The translations under genes were made by a program, and so were the position numbers. From Caldisericia bacterium (GTDB taxonomy: Bacteria > Caldisericota > Caldisericia > UBA6126): 64,000 bases of DNA. The notes under the pieces are model-generated. The model searched no databases. It saw only the letters and a program-made list of their open reading frames with translations, and had not been told where the DNA came from. Position 1 is the first letter of the stretch. Every line of letters begins with the position of its first letter. Shown one piece after another: positions 35,573 to 45,119 of the stretch. Location: positions 25,544 through 89,543 of the forward strand of contig DAOSES010000006.1 in NCBI GenBank assembly GCA_035363255.1. Reading direction: 5' to 3'.

Positions 35573-36667
35573 ATGAAGAATCTGAAGTTTCCAGCCCTTA
35601 GAATTGGGGATTTACTGGCATCTCTTCCCATTATACAGGGGGGCATGGGAGTTGGAATATCCTTATCGGGTCTGTCCTCTGCAGTTGCAAACCAAGGAGG
35701 TATTGGTGTTATTGCAGTTGCAGGAATTGGTATGGCTGAACCCGATTTTTTCAAAAACTATATGCAAGCAAATATTAGGGCTTTGCGTGAAGAAATACAA
35801 AAAGCAAGATCCATGACTAAAGGGATTATTGGTGTCAATATCATGGTTGCGCTTTCCAATTTTGGAGATTATGTAGCCACAGCCATACAGGAAGGGGTAG
35901 ATATCATTTTTGCAGGAGCAGGGCTACCTCTCAATCTTCCCTCCTACCTCAGTAACAATGTTAAAACCAAGCTTGTACCCATTATATCAAGCGCAAAAGC
36001 AGCTAACCTTCTCACACGCCGATGGCACGAGAAATACAACTATGTACCTGATGCACTTGTGGTGGAAGGTCCGAAGGCTGGAGGCCACCTTGGTTTTAAA
36101 CCTGAACAGATCACAGACCCTTCCTTCCAACTGGAATGTTTGCTTACTGAAGTGATTAATGAAACTCAACATCTTGAAAAAAAGTATGGCAAAGCTATAC
36201 CCGTTATCGCGGCAGGTGGAGTTTATACAGGAGCAGATATCCGTAAATACCTTGAGCTGGGTGCAGCTGGAGTTCAAATGGCAACGCGCTTTGTAGCTAC
36301 CGATGAATGTGATGCTGATGAGGCTTTCAAACAAACCTATCTAAGCTCTCAGGAAAAAGATATAACAATTATTAAGAGTCCAGTAGGTCTTCCTGGAAGG
36401 GCTATCAAGAACTCATTTTTGTGTGAAGTCGAAGCAGGAGAAAAAAAACCATTTTCTTGCCCATTTCACTGCATTATCACTTGTGATTACAAGAATGCTC
36501 CGTATTGCATAGCCTCTGCGCTCATCCATGCAAAAAAAGGAGATTTTTCTCAAGGCTTTGCTTTTTCTGGTTCCAATGCTTGGAGGTCTAAAAAAATTAT
36601 TCCTGTGAAAGAGCTGATAAAAAATCTTCGTACAGAATACGAGGATAGCGCTAAGGAAACAACATAA
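35573..36667 (+). CDS. Nitronate monooxygenase (2-nitropropane dioxygenase) family FMN oxidoreductase, possibly FabK-like enoyl-ACP reductase II.
   Basis: PIIQGGMGVGIS FMN-binding signature; TIM-barrel length. Start at ATG 35573 (RBS AAGGA). Confidence 0.75.
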   Translation: MKNLKFPALRIGDLLASLPIIQGGMGVGISLSGLSSAVANQGGIGVIAVAGIGMAEPDFFKNYMQANIRALREEIQKARSMTKGIIGVNIMVALSNFGDYVATAIQEGVDIIFAGAGLPLNLPSYLSNNVKTKLVPIISSAKAANLLTRRWHEKYNYVPDALVVEGPKAGGHLGFKPEQITDPSFQLECLLTEVINETQHLEKKYGKAIPVIAAGGVYTGADIRKYLELGAAGVQMATRFVATDECDADEAFKQTYLSSQEKDITIIKSPVGLPGRAIKNSFLCEVEAGEKKPFSCPFHCIITCDYKNAPYCIASALIHAKKGDFSQGFAFSGSNAWRSKKIIPVKELIKNLRTEYEDSAKETT

Positions 36668-36781
36668 AAATAACACTTAAGAGATACCTATCACGTTATA
36701 CCAAATTTATGATATTATATAGAGTAAAAATATGAAAATAAGCATAGTTGAGCTTGATATACAGCTCGGGAGGAAGAGTCA

Positions 36782-37549
36782 TTGAATCCGAAGAATTTAG
36801 TTGAAGCAAAAAAGGTGGTCAAAGGCCTCTTAAAGAACGAGCTTCGAGAAACCCATCTACGTTCAAACAATATCGATACCAATTCAGCAATTTTGCAATC
36901 AGATAAGATTTTTTGTCTGGTTCAATATATGGATAAAATCCATGACGACCTAAATCACATCTTGCCTGAAACAGCTACAAAGATAAATTGGAATAGCTAT
37001 GTACTTCTCGAAAAAACAGTCTTTGAATCCTACGCTGAACAGCTTGAAAATATAAAAAAAGAGCGTCCTGCCAAGGGGACGGTAGTTTTTGTATTACGAT
37101 CTGGCGAAGTCTATATGATTTCTCCCTATGCTCTGATGGATTTTTTAGATGAATACCCTCTATTGGTAAATATTGAAAAAGTGGAATACTTTTCTTTTCC
37201 CACAATTTTCCTCCAGGTGCCTGATGGAGCGCCTCGATCAGAAGAAGAGCTTGAAGCACAGCATCGTATTGCTTTAATCTCTCAAATCAACAGCCTTAAA
37301 CCCGCAGAAGTTGAAGATTACGAATTAGACGACGAAGACCTTGACGAGTATGAAAGAGATTTTTATGCCTCCTTTTTCTCTGATAGGTCCAGAAAAGGCT
37401 TTTCGCCTGATCTTAGATCCAAATATTCTGAGCTTGCTGACGATGATATTCGAAATATTACTATCCATCTCCTCTACGAGATGTCTAAAAATCTTACTGA
37501 GATCCGAAAAGAACTAAAAAGCATAAAAAAAATCATTAACGGTCGATAA
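36782..37549 (+). CDS. Hypothetical protein with an acidic C-terminal region.
   Basis: TTG start with strong RBS GGGAGGAAG. No recognised motifs. Confidence 0.5.
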   Translation: MNPKNLVEAKKVVKGLLKNELRETHLRSNNIDTNSAILQSDKIFCLVQYMDKIHDDLNHILPETATKINWNSYVLLEKTVFESYAEQLENIKKERPAKGTVVFVLRSGEVYMISPYALMDFLDEYPLLVNIEKVEYFSFPTIFLQVPDGAPRSEEELEAQHRIALISQINSLKPAEVEDYELDDEDLDEYERDFYASFFSDRSRKGFSPDLRSKYSELADDDIRNITIHLLYEMSKNLTEIRKELKSIKKIINGR

Positions 37550-37554
37550 GTGCA

Positions 37555-38136
37555 GTGTTCGTAATAGCAGGCTTAGGCAATCCAGGAGCTGAATACGATC
37601 TAACTCGTCACAATGTTGGATACATGGTGCTCGATCGGTTTGCTGCAATCTACAACACCCGAATTCGTACCGTTCAATGCCAGGCACTAACTGCCAATAT
37701 ACAGCCCAAAGAAGGCGAAGCTTTTTTACTTGCCAAACCCTACACCTTTATGAACTTATCTGGCGATTCGATCGCTCCATTGCTAAAAAAACTGCAGATA
37801 CCCTCAGAAAAATTGATAGTCATTCACGATGATTTAGATCTTGATTGTGGAATTGTTAGGATCAAGACGGATGGAAGTACAGCGGGGCACAAGGGTTTAA
37901 AGTCAATCGCTGAGCGACTAGGCACCACGAATTTTATCAGAATTCGAGTAGGAATAAGTCGTCCATATGAAAAAGAAGATGTAGTAGAGTATGTGCTTTC
38001 AAAGTTTCGTTCGGGCGAAAGAGCTTTGCTGGATGAAGCTCTGGACACTGCTTGCAAGATGGTACTGGACTATATGAACAAAGGTTTTGCCTATACAGCT
38101 AATAAATTTCATCGAAAAAACTCCACTGAAGTATGA
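37555..38136 (+). CDS. pth: Peptidyl-tRNA hydrolase.
   Basis: VIAGLGNPGAEYDLTRHNVGYMVLD signature; GTG start. Confidence 0.9.
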   Translation: MFVIAGLGNPGAEYDLTRHNVGYMVLDRFAAIYNTRIRTVQCQALTANIQPKEGEAFLLAKPYTFMNLSGDSIAPLLKKLQIPSEKLIVIHDDLDLDCGIVRIKTDGSTAGHKGLKSIAERLGTTNFIRIRVGISRPYEKEDVVEYVLSKFRSGERALLDEALDTACKMVLDYMNKGFAYTANKFHRKNSTEV

Positions 38137-41100
38137 ACTGGCCTTCATTTACTCGTCTTTTTCAAGCATATCCTCCCTTTTCTCTTGATCCTGCAATATT
38201 TGAAAAGGATCGATATCATTTCTCGATATATAATGCTGTTGGAGCTGCAGCTTCTCTTGCGGTAGCTGAAATTATATACAAAAATCCTGGAAAGCTACTG
38301 ATTACAGCCAAAAGTGAAACCCAGCTTGAGCATATTTTAGAAGACCTATACGCTCTTCTTGAACCCGAACAATCATCCCGTCTGGTGCTATTTCCTGACA
38401 CTGCTGTATTGCCCTACGAAAAAATCTCCCCTTCCATAGAGCAAATTGGGGAACAGATTCAGGTCTTAAACCTTTTACAGGAAGATCATGTTATTGTTCT
38501 TGCTCCTTATTATGCTTTATTCAATCCAGTATTAGACCCCATCGATCTTCAATCTCATGCTATCCACTTGAAGCTTGAACAGACCCTAAGAGTGGAGGAG
38601 CTCCTCACCACCCTCATTCCCTGGGGATATCATCATGAGCTGAGTGTTGAGCGAGTGGGTGATCTGAAAGTCAAAGGTGGGATTGTGGACATCTTTTCTC
38701 CCAGTGCAAAGTATCCGGTTCGAATTGAATGGGTAGGAAAGACAATATCAAGCATGCGCTTCTTTGATCCTATCACTCAGCTCAGTGTAGAAAAGATATC
38801 ACACTACAAGATTCTTCCTGTGACTCATGTGATAGCTAATGAAGAGCAATTTAAAAAAACCGCTCAAGCTATTCGACAATGGATGGGTCAAAAAAGACTC
38901 CCTATATCAGGACCTATTGTGGAAGATCTTGAAAAACTAGAACAGGGCATCTTGTTTTCTGGCATCGAACACTATCTCCCCTTTTTGCGCACAAGAGAGT
39001 GTACGTTGATTGATTATTTTGACGATTCAAGTCCTATTGTTTGGCTTCAAAAGGAAGAATTCTCTCATTCTATGGAGTGTTTAACCCAGGAAATTTCTGA
39101 AATCAGGTCGGTCGAGAAAGAAAAGAAAGAAATCCTACCCTTTCCATTTGAAGCGTTTATTGAAGAGAACAAACAAAAGTTGATACTAAAACCTCGCCAA
39201 TGGGAGCTTGAAGCTCTACCTTTAGCTGTTTCTACTTCAAGTCATTATGCCTTACCTGTCAGATATATGGACACCATCGTTCAGAAAGATTTAAAAACAA
39301 CTGTCGATCAGCATCTATCTCGTCAAGGTCACCTTATGATAGCCAGCAAGCAAAAGAAGCGAGTCTTGGAGATCTTGTCCAGCCTTGGAGTTGACTTGCT
39401 TAATCCTGATCTAATTATCCATGATGCCCACTTATCTAGAGGCTTTTCAGCTCCCGAGTTGAAAACAGCTCTCCTGACCGACCTGGAACTTTTTGGCTGG
39501 AAACGACCCCATAAAACACATAAACGTTTTAAGGAAGGTATCCCGATTAAGTCGGTGGACGACTTAAAACTTGGAGATATTTTGTCCCACTATTCCTATG
39601 GTATCGGTATTTATCGTGGCCTAACTGTAGTCAAAGACGCTGAAGGCAAGCAAAAAGAGTTTTTATTGATGGAATATGCCAAGGGTGATAAGCTATATAT
39701 CCCACCCGAGCGTATTCATATGGTGAACAAATATATTGGAGATCCCGAAAATACCCCCCTCAATTCGCTTGGGAGTGCCGATTGGGAAAGAGCAAGAAGC
39801 AAGGCAAAAAAAGGAGCAGAAGAGCTTGCGCAGGAGTTGTTAGAGCTTTATGCAAAAAGAGAAGTATCCAAGGGAATCCGGTTTGCAAGCGATACTCCAT
39901 GGCAAGAAGAAATGGAAGCACTTTTCCCCTACGAAGAAACCATTGATCAAATGCAGGCAATACATGATGTTAAACAGGATATGGAAGCTCCGCAGATCAT
40001 GGACAGGATAGTCACAGGTGATGTAGGATATGGCAAGACAGAAGTAGCTATTAGAGCGGCTTTCAAAGCTATCATGGATGGCTTCCAGGTGGCTATGGTA
40101 GTGCCAACCACCATTTTAGCCAATCAGCATTACGAGAATTTTAAAGAACGATATGCTCCTTATCCTATTAAAGTGGCTTGTCTGTCTCGACTAGTTTCGT
40201 CAAAAAAACAAAAAGAAATCCTGGCAGGGCTCGAAAAAGCTTCGGTAGAAATGGTGATTGGAACACATCGCATGTTTTCCAAGGATATAGCTTTCAAAAA
40301 TCTTGGTCTTCTTATCATCGATGAAGAGCACAAGTTTGGAGTTAAGCACAAAGAGCAAATCCGGAAAATCAAAGAAAATGTGGATGTTTTAACTTTATCG
40401 GCCACTCCCATTCCCCGCACTTTATCAATGAGTATGAGTGGGATCAAAGAGATATCACGTATTGATACTCCTCCCGAAGGACGTAAACCAGTAAAAACTT
40501 ATGTTATGCCATATGACGAAGAATTGCTACAACAAGCCATTCGCTTTGAGTTGGCAAGAAATGGTCAAGTATATTATGTTCACAACCGAATACAGGATAT
40601 TCTCAGAATACGAGATAATCTTTTAAAGATTCTCCCCGAAATCAAAATCGGTGTAGCCCATGGTCAAATGAAAGGGGACACTATTGATGGGGTGATTACT
40701 GATTTTTTAACAGGCAAGCTCAATGTATTGCTTTGCACCACCATCATCGAATCAGGCATCGATATAGCTACGGTTAATACTTTAATCGTAGATGACTCCG
40801 AGTTTCTTGGACTTGCCCAAATGTACCAACTCAGAGGAAGAGTGGGTAGATCTCATCGAAGAGCGTATGCTTATTTCTTTTATGACCCCAAACGAGCAAC
40901 CCAGTTTAAAGCGGAAGCCCGGCTTGATGCTATCCGAGAATATGTAGAATTAGGATCTGGACTCAAAATCGCCTTCAGAGATATGGAAATTCGAGGAGCA
41001 GGAAATTTTCTTGGACCTGAACAGCATGGTCACATTCGCTCAGTGGGATATCATATGTATATCCAGCTTTTAAAAGAAGCCATCGAGGATCTTCGCTTTA

Positions 41101-41549
41101 AGAAAGGCATTGGCCCCGAACCAATTGATCTGCCTGAGTTTCCTCTATCAGGGTATATCCCTGACTCCTTTATGAAGGATGAAGGAGAACGACTCGCAAT
41201 TTATCAAGAGTTGGTTACCATAAAAAAACGAGATCAACTTAACCGCTTAGTAAAAGATCTTCAAGATCAATATGGGGTTTTTCCCAGCGAAATGGAAGAG
41301 TTTGTTCATAATCTTGATTTAAGAATTCAAGCATACGAAAAAGGGCTGAGTTCAGTACAAATTGAAGACATCTTCATTCATTTCAACTTTGATTATCAGC
41401 ACCATCGTTTTAAAATGGAAGCAAAAAGTCTTTCGCAACTGGTTGCACAATTTGGTAACCATATCCGATTCAAACCAGAAGCAATCATGATCCGAAAAAG
41501 TAAAACCGATTTGATGCAAGTGATTGAGGGGGTTCTGAAATGTCTTTAA
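38133..41549 (+). CDS. mfd: Transcription-repair coupling factor Mfd.
   Basis: 1138 aa. Superfamily-2 helicase motifs (GDVGYGKTEVA, IIDEEHKFGV), TRCF/CarD-like domain. ATG overlaps the pth stop. Confidence 0.92.
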   Translation: MNWPSFTRLFQAYPPFSLDPAIFEKDRYHFSIYNAVGAAASLAVAEIIYKNPGKLLITAKSETQLEHILEDLYALLEPEQSSRLVLFPDTAVLPYEKISPSIEQIGEQIQVLNLLQEDHVIVLAPYYALFNPVLDPIDLQSHAIHLKLEQTLRVEELLTTLIPWGYHHELSVERVGDLKVKGGIVDIFSPSAKYPVRIEWVGKTISSMRFFDPITQLSVEKISHYKILPVTHVIANEEQFKKTAQAIRQWMGQKRLPISGPIVEDLEKLEQGILFSGIEHYLPFLRTRECTLIDYFDDSSPIVWLQKEEFSHSMECLTQEISEIRSVEKEKKEILPFPFEAFIEENKQKLILKPRQWELEALPLAVSTSSHYALPVRYMDTIVQKDLKTTVDQHLSRQGHLMIASKQKKRVLEILSSLGVDLLNPDLIIHDAHLSRGFSAPELKTALLTDLELFGWKRPHKTHKRFKEGIPIKSVDDLKLGDILSHYSYGIGIYRGLTVVKDAEGKQKEFLLMEYAKGDKLYIPPERIHMVNKYIGDPENTPLNSLGSADWERARSKAKKGAEELAQELLELYAKREVSKGIRFASDTPWQEEMEALFPYEETIDQMQAIHDVKQDMEAPQIMDRIVTGDVGYGKTEVAIRAAFKAIMDGFQVAMVVPTTILANQHYENFKERYAPYPIKVACLSRLVSSKKQKEILAGLEKASVEMVIGTHRMFSKDIAFKNLGLLIIDEEHKFGVKHKEQIRKIKENVDVLTLSATPIPRTLSMSMSGIKEISRIDTPPEGRKPVKTYVMPYDEELLQQAIRFELARNGQVYYVHNRIQDILRIRDNLLKILPEIKIGVAHGQMKGDTIDGVITDFLTGKLNVLLCTTIIESGIDIATVNTLIVDDSEFLGLAQMYQLRGRVGRSHRRAYAYFFYDPKRATQFKAEARLDAIREYVELGSGLKIAFRDMEIRGAGNFLGPEQHGHIRSVGYHMYIQLLKEAIEDLRFKKGIGPEPIDLPEFPLSGYIPDSFMKDEGERLAIYQELVTIKKRDQLNRLVKDLQDQYGVFPSEMEEFVHNLDLRIQAYEKGLSSVQIEDIFIHFNFDYQHHRFKMEAKSLSQLVAQFGNHIRFKPEAIMIRKSKTDLMQVIEGVLKCL

Positions 41550-42745
41550 CCATGAACTGGATCATGGATGAGGTCCTGGCAATTGGTCCTTATCCTACGC
41601 AGAGTGATATTGAGTATCTCCATCAGCAGGGATTTAGAATGCTTATACGTTTTACAGAAGAAACGAAAAGTACCTATCATCTTCCTGAAGAATGGTTTAA
41701 AGGATTGCATTTGCCAATAGCGGATTATGGCTTGCCAACAGTTGAGCAGGTGTCTCAGCTTGTAAGACATGTCCACTTTTATCAGCAACAGGGTGTAAAA
41801 GTCTATATGCATTGTAGAGCTGGTTATGGGAGGGCAGGCACTACAGCCGCTCTTGTTTTGGTTTCTTACGGGGAAGCTCCACAGCGTGCAATCCGGATAG
41901 TTAGATCAAGACGGCCAGGTACCATCGAAACCGAGGCGCAACAGGCCATGATTCTTAGTTCGGATGAATGGATGAAAGCTATTATGAATGCTGATGACTT
42001 GCAATGGTTCAAGTCATGCAAAATGATTGAAGTTTTGCGAGAAAAATGTCCCTGGGACCAGGAGCAAACCCATGAAACACTGGTGGAGTCCTTAATGGAT
42101 GAGGCTTATGAAGTAGTGGAAGCAATTAGAAGCAAAGATATGCAACAACTCAAAGAGGAGTTGGGGGATTTGATGATACAGCCCTTGATACAAGCCCAGA
42201 TTGCAAAAGAAGAGGGTAATTTTACCATCAACGATGCGATGGATGTGATGTTAGAGAAGCTTAAACGAAGACATCCACATGTCTTTGGATCCATTGTTCA
42301 GCAAACTCCCAAGGGAGTGGTGCATCAGTGGTCAGACATCAAAAAAACGGAAAATGGAGAAAAAAAGACCTATCCCTCGCCTTTAAAAGAGATCATGGAT
42401 ATATCGTTGGAAGCGTCTGCTGATGGATTTGAATGGGAAAAAGCAGAAGAGGTATTAGACAAAATTGGTGAAGAATTGGACGAAACAAGACATGCCTTAA
42501 GCGACGGTGATCAACGATCAGTAGAAAATGAGCTGGGAGACTTGCTTTTTGCAGTTTTTAATGCCATCCGTTACTTAAAAATCGATCCCATCAAAGTCAT
42601 GGAAAGAGGGAGAAGGAAGTTTGAGATTCGTTATCGTACTGCTCAAAAAATGATGCAGGAAGATGGCTTAGACTCGCGTAAACTTTCCTCCCTTGAGCTT
42701 AATAATTATTGGGAAAAAGCTAAAAAGTTTAATTCTCCTGTTTAA
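41540..42745 (+). CDS. Fusion protein: N-terminal dual-specificity/Tyr protein phosphatase domain plus C-terminal MazG nucleoside triphosphate pyrophosphohydrolase.
   Basis: CX5R P-loop VYMHCRAGYGRAGT in the first 150 aa or so. Two MazG EExx(E/D) helices (EELGDLMIQ; ELGDLLFAV) in the C-terminal 250 aa. Confidence 0.75.
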   Translation: MSLTMNWIMDEVLAIGPYPTQSDIEYLHQQGFRMLIRFTEETKSTYHLPEEWFKGLHLPIADYGLPTVEQVSQLVRHVHFYQQQGVKVYMHCRAGYGRAGTTAALVLVSYGEAPQRAIRIVRSRRPGTIETEAQQAMILSSDEWMKAIMNADDLQWFKSCKMIEVLREKCPWDQEQTHETLVESLMDEAYEVVEAIRSKDMQQLKEELGDLMIQPLIQAQIAKEEGNFTINDAMDVMLEKLKRRHPHVFGSIVQQTPKGVVHQWSDIKKTENGEKKTYPSPLKEIMDISLEASADGFEWEKAEEVLDKIGEELDETRHALSDGDQRSVENELGDLLFAVFNAIRYLKIDPIKVMERGRRKFEIRYRTAQKMMQEDGLDSRKLSSLELNNYWEKAKKFNSPV

Positions 42746-43343
42746 ATTGCATACGAAAGACATAGACATGTTGGTTTTTCATCAGTTTGTTCCAGGCGAT
42801 GGGATCTTGCAGAAAGACAGCTTCCTCAATTGCTTCCGGGGAGGATGGGTTGCGAGTTAACACAAAGAGCATCATGGCCTGATTTAATACTACTGCTTGC
42901 TCGGGACTGCTTTTCCATCCGGTAGCTCCACTGGGATCTGCGAGGTTGATGTTGCGAGTCATGCGATGTTTGCCAGTGATAGAGACAGTCCAAAGCTCAT
43001 CAGTTGAGCCAGGGATGGAAGCAATTTGAGTTAAAAGGAGTTTTGTGCTGCGTTTTCGGTCTTTCATGCTGAAACCGCTATTAAACTGTTTTTCAATAAA
43101 TTTGCCGTTGTAGTAATAATCCACCCAAAATTCAGCCCATTGAATATCTTTGGATAAATCCATTCGAAAAGCAGCCTGTCTGCTAACACCTATGTCAAGC
43201 AAAAGGGAAGCTTCGTTGGCATTAAGCTGAATGGGTACAAGTTTGTTGGTGTCTGCTTTGGAAGCACAGTGTAGATTGTTCAAGGCAAAGAAAGCAATAA
43301 AAAGTAAGGATAGGGAAAGTTGTACTAATTTAGTTCGTTTCAT
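42729..43343 (-). CDS. Hypothetical lipoprotein.
   Basis: Signal peptide plus lipobox LLFIAFFALNNLHC. 3' end overlaps the mazG fusion by 17 nt. Confidence 0.5.
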   Translation of the reverse strand: MKRTKLVQLSLSLLFIAFFALNNLHCASKADTNKLVPIQLNANEASLLLDIGVSRQAAFRMDLSKDIQWAEFWVDYYYNGKFIEKQFNSGFSMKDRKRSTKLLLTQIASIPGSTDELWTVSITGKHRMTRNINLADPSGATGWKSSPEQAVVLNQAMMLFVLTRNPSSPEAIEEAVFLQDPIAWNKLMKNQHVYVFRMQFKQEN

Positions 43344-43492
43344 TCAAATATACCTCTCCTATGCTTCGTATTTTAAAAGGTATTATACCTTAGCCGAAAA
43401 AAAAGCATAGCTTATTCAGCTCAACAAACTTTTTCAAGAGCAAGTTTCCTGTTATAATTAACGTTTAGCTTGAATAGCAGAAGGAGCATTCA

Positions 43493-45106
43493 ATGAAAAA
43501 ATGGGTGATATATCTGTTACCGTTGCTTTTAGTGATCTGTTCAATAGGCGCGCTGTTTTTTACAAAACACCGGATTGAGCAATTTGTGGCAATGTCGCGA
43601 CAGATGCCAATACCTATGGATGTAGAGGATTTGGTTAAAGAGGAATCATTTAATCGGCCCTTACCTATCGATCCAATATACCCAAAAGTAGCTCTCTTGC
43701 TATTGAATGGGATGCCAGAAGAAGTATATGAACTAGTCAAACAAGCCCAAGCAGAGCAAAATGATACTCAGATGAAGTTTTCAAGCACCTTTCTTGCCTG
43801 GGAAACTATGCATGATCTTGACTTTAACTATCAAACCCTTCAAGCTGGGTTAAATCCTCTCCGTGCAGATGCTTTTTTGAAAATTGCATCCAGAGAGTCA
43901 GACGCTTTGCTCAAGATAGTTCAGGATTATGGATTCAAAGCCTACACTACCGACGTTCTTCAAGAGCTATCCTATCCTGAAAAGGATTGGAACGATGCTT
44001 CTTTGATTGTATTAAATGCCAGCAACGACTCCTGGTCTTCAGCTTCTTTTAATGCTCAAGAGATGGCCGACCAAATCGTCGAATTGATCCAGAAAACCGA
44101 TCCAGGAACCTTGTTAGTTATAAGCTCTCTGATTCCAAACCCTCGATTACCTATCTCTTTTAAGCCTCGATATCATTACACAGTTCCCCTAGCCTTTATT
44201 GGCTCCAAAGTTGATCCATCCATTGAACTTCCACTGATGAATGTTCAAGAACTTACTGCCACTATATCCTATGCCCTTGGTTTGCCCTCACCTACTGGTT
44301 GTATGGCAGTGCCATGCTTTACCCTTTTTCCTCAAGAGGATAAGGAGCTATTAAATCGTATGCTTTTCTCAGGACACAACTATCTTAGCAATGCCTTATA
44401 TGGTCTGAGCGACTTTGGTCTCGATGAAGCCATTTCAACCGGTTACTTTTTTCAATATTCTGACAAATTGGAATATGCCAAAAGCACTGACTACAAGCAA
44501 ATGTTGTCTGCAATCCAGCAAATGGATCAAGATTACCGTGAGTTTCTTGACAACGAAAACCAAAAAGCCAATATGATTCCAACGATTGTATCAGTTATTT
44601 TGTTGGCACTGCTCTTGATTGCCTGGTTGTTACTATTGCCCTATTTTTATCGCGGGATCTTGTTTGGTTTGCTTTGGATTGCCTTATGGCTTGTATTTTT
44701 CCATGGAGTATTTCGTTTGCCTATTCAATTGCCCTCCTTACACCAATTTTCCTGGGTTTGGATCCTTTCAGCTCATCTTTGGCCTTTGATTTTATCCACT
44801 CTGGTGCTGGGAACGGGCATGACGCTTATTGCTGGTTTTTGGCTCGACTTACAGCTCAAGGATCTTTTTGTAGATTTTCAGTCTGCGGCTGGTACTTTCC
44901 TTGTTTTTCTCCTTGCGCAGGGTGCCTTTTTTTCAATTCGTGATGGTTTTGTAATTGGCCGAATCATTCCAGCTTTTTTTACTCAAGCCTTAATGTTTCG
45001 AAATCTTGCTCATATCATCTTGCTTCCCTTATTCTTTGGTTTAATGCTTTTATTAGCATCCTCCATCTATGGGATATCTTTAAAAATAGCCCAAAAAAGA
45101 GGGTGA
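43493..45106 (+). CDS. Hypothetical membrane protein: N-terminal TM, extracytoplasmic domain of about 330 aa, C-terminal bundle of about 6 TM helices.
   Basis: Strong RBS AAGGAG. Hydrophobicity pattern; no known catalytic motif recognised. Confidence 0.55.
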   Translation: MKKWVIYLLPLLLVICSIGALFFTKHRIEQFVAMSRQMPIPMDVEDLVKEESFNRPLPIDPIYPKVALLLLNGMPEEVYELVKQAQAEQNDTQMKFSSTFLAWETMHDLDFNYQTLQAGLNPLRADAFLKIASRESDALLKIVQDYGFKAYTTDVLQELSYPEKDWNDASLIVLNASNDSWSSASFNAQEMADQIVELIQKTDPGTLLVISSLIPNPRLPISFKPRYHYTVPLAFIGSKVDPSIELPLMNVQELTATISYALGLPSPTGCMAVPCFTLFPQEDKELLNRMLFSGHNYLSNALYGLSDFGLDEAISTGYFFQYSDKLEYAKSTDYKQMLSAIQQMDQDYREFLDNENQKANMIPTIVSVILLALLLIAWLLLLPYFYRGILFGLLWIALWLVFFHGVFRLPIQLPSLHQFSWVWILSAHLWPLILSTLVLGTGMTLIAGFWLDLQLKDLFVDFQSAAGTFLVFLLAQGAFFSIRDGFVIGRIIPAFFTQALMFRNLAHIILLPLFFGLMLLLASSIYGISLKIAQKRG

Positions 45107-45119
45107 ATCGGAGGTCAAA

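Noticed and set aside
36732-36785. 17-codon ORF (MKISIVELDIQLGRKSH) just upstream of the 255-aa hypothetical gene.
   Set aside because: It could be a leader peptide, but it has no RBS and shows no terminator or antiterminator alternative structures. Too weak to report.
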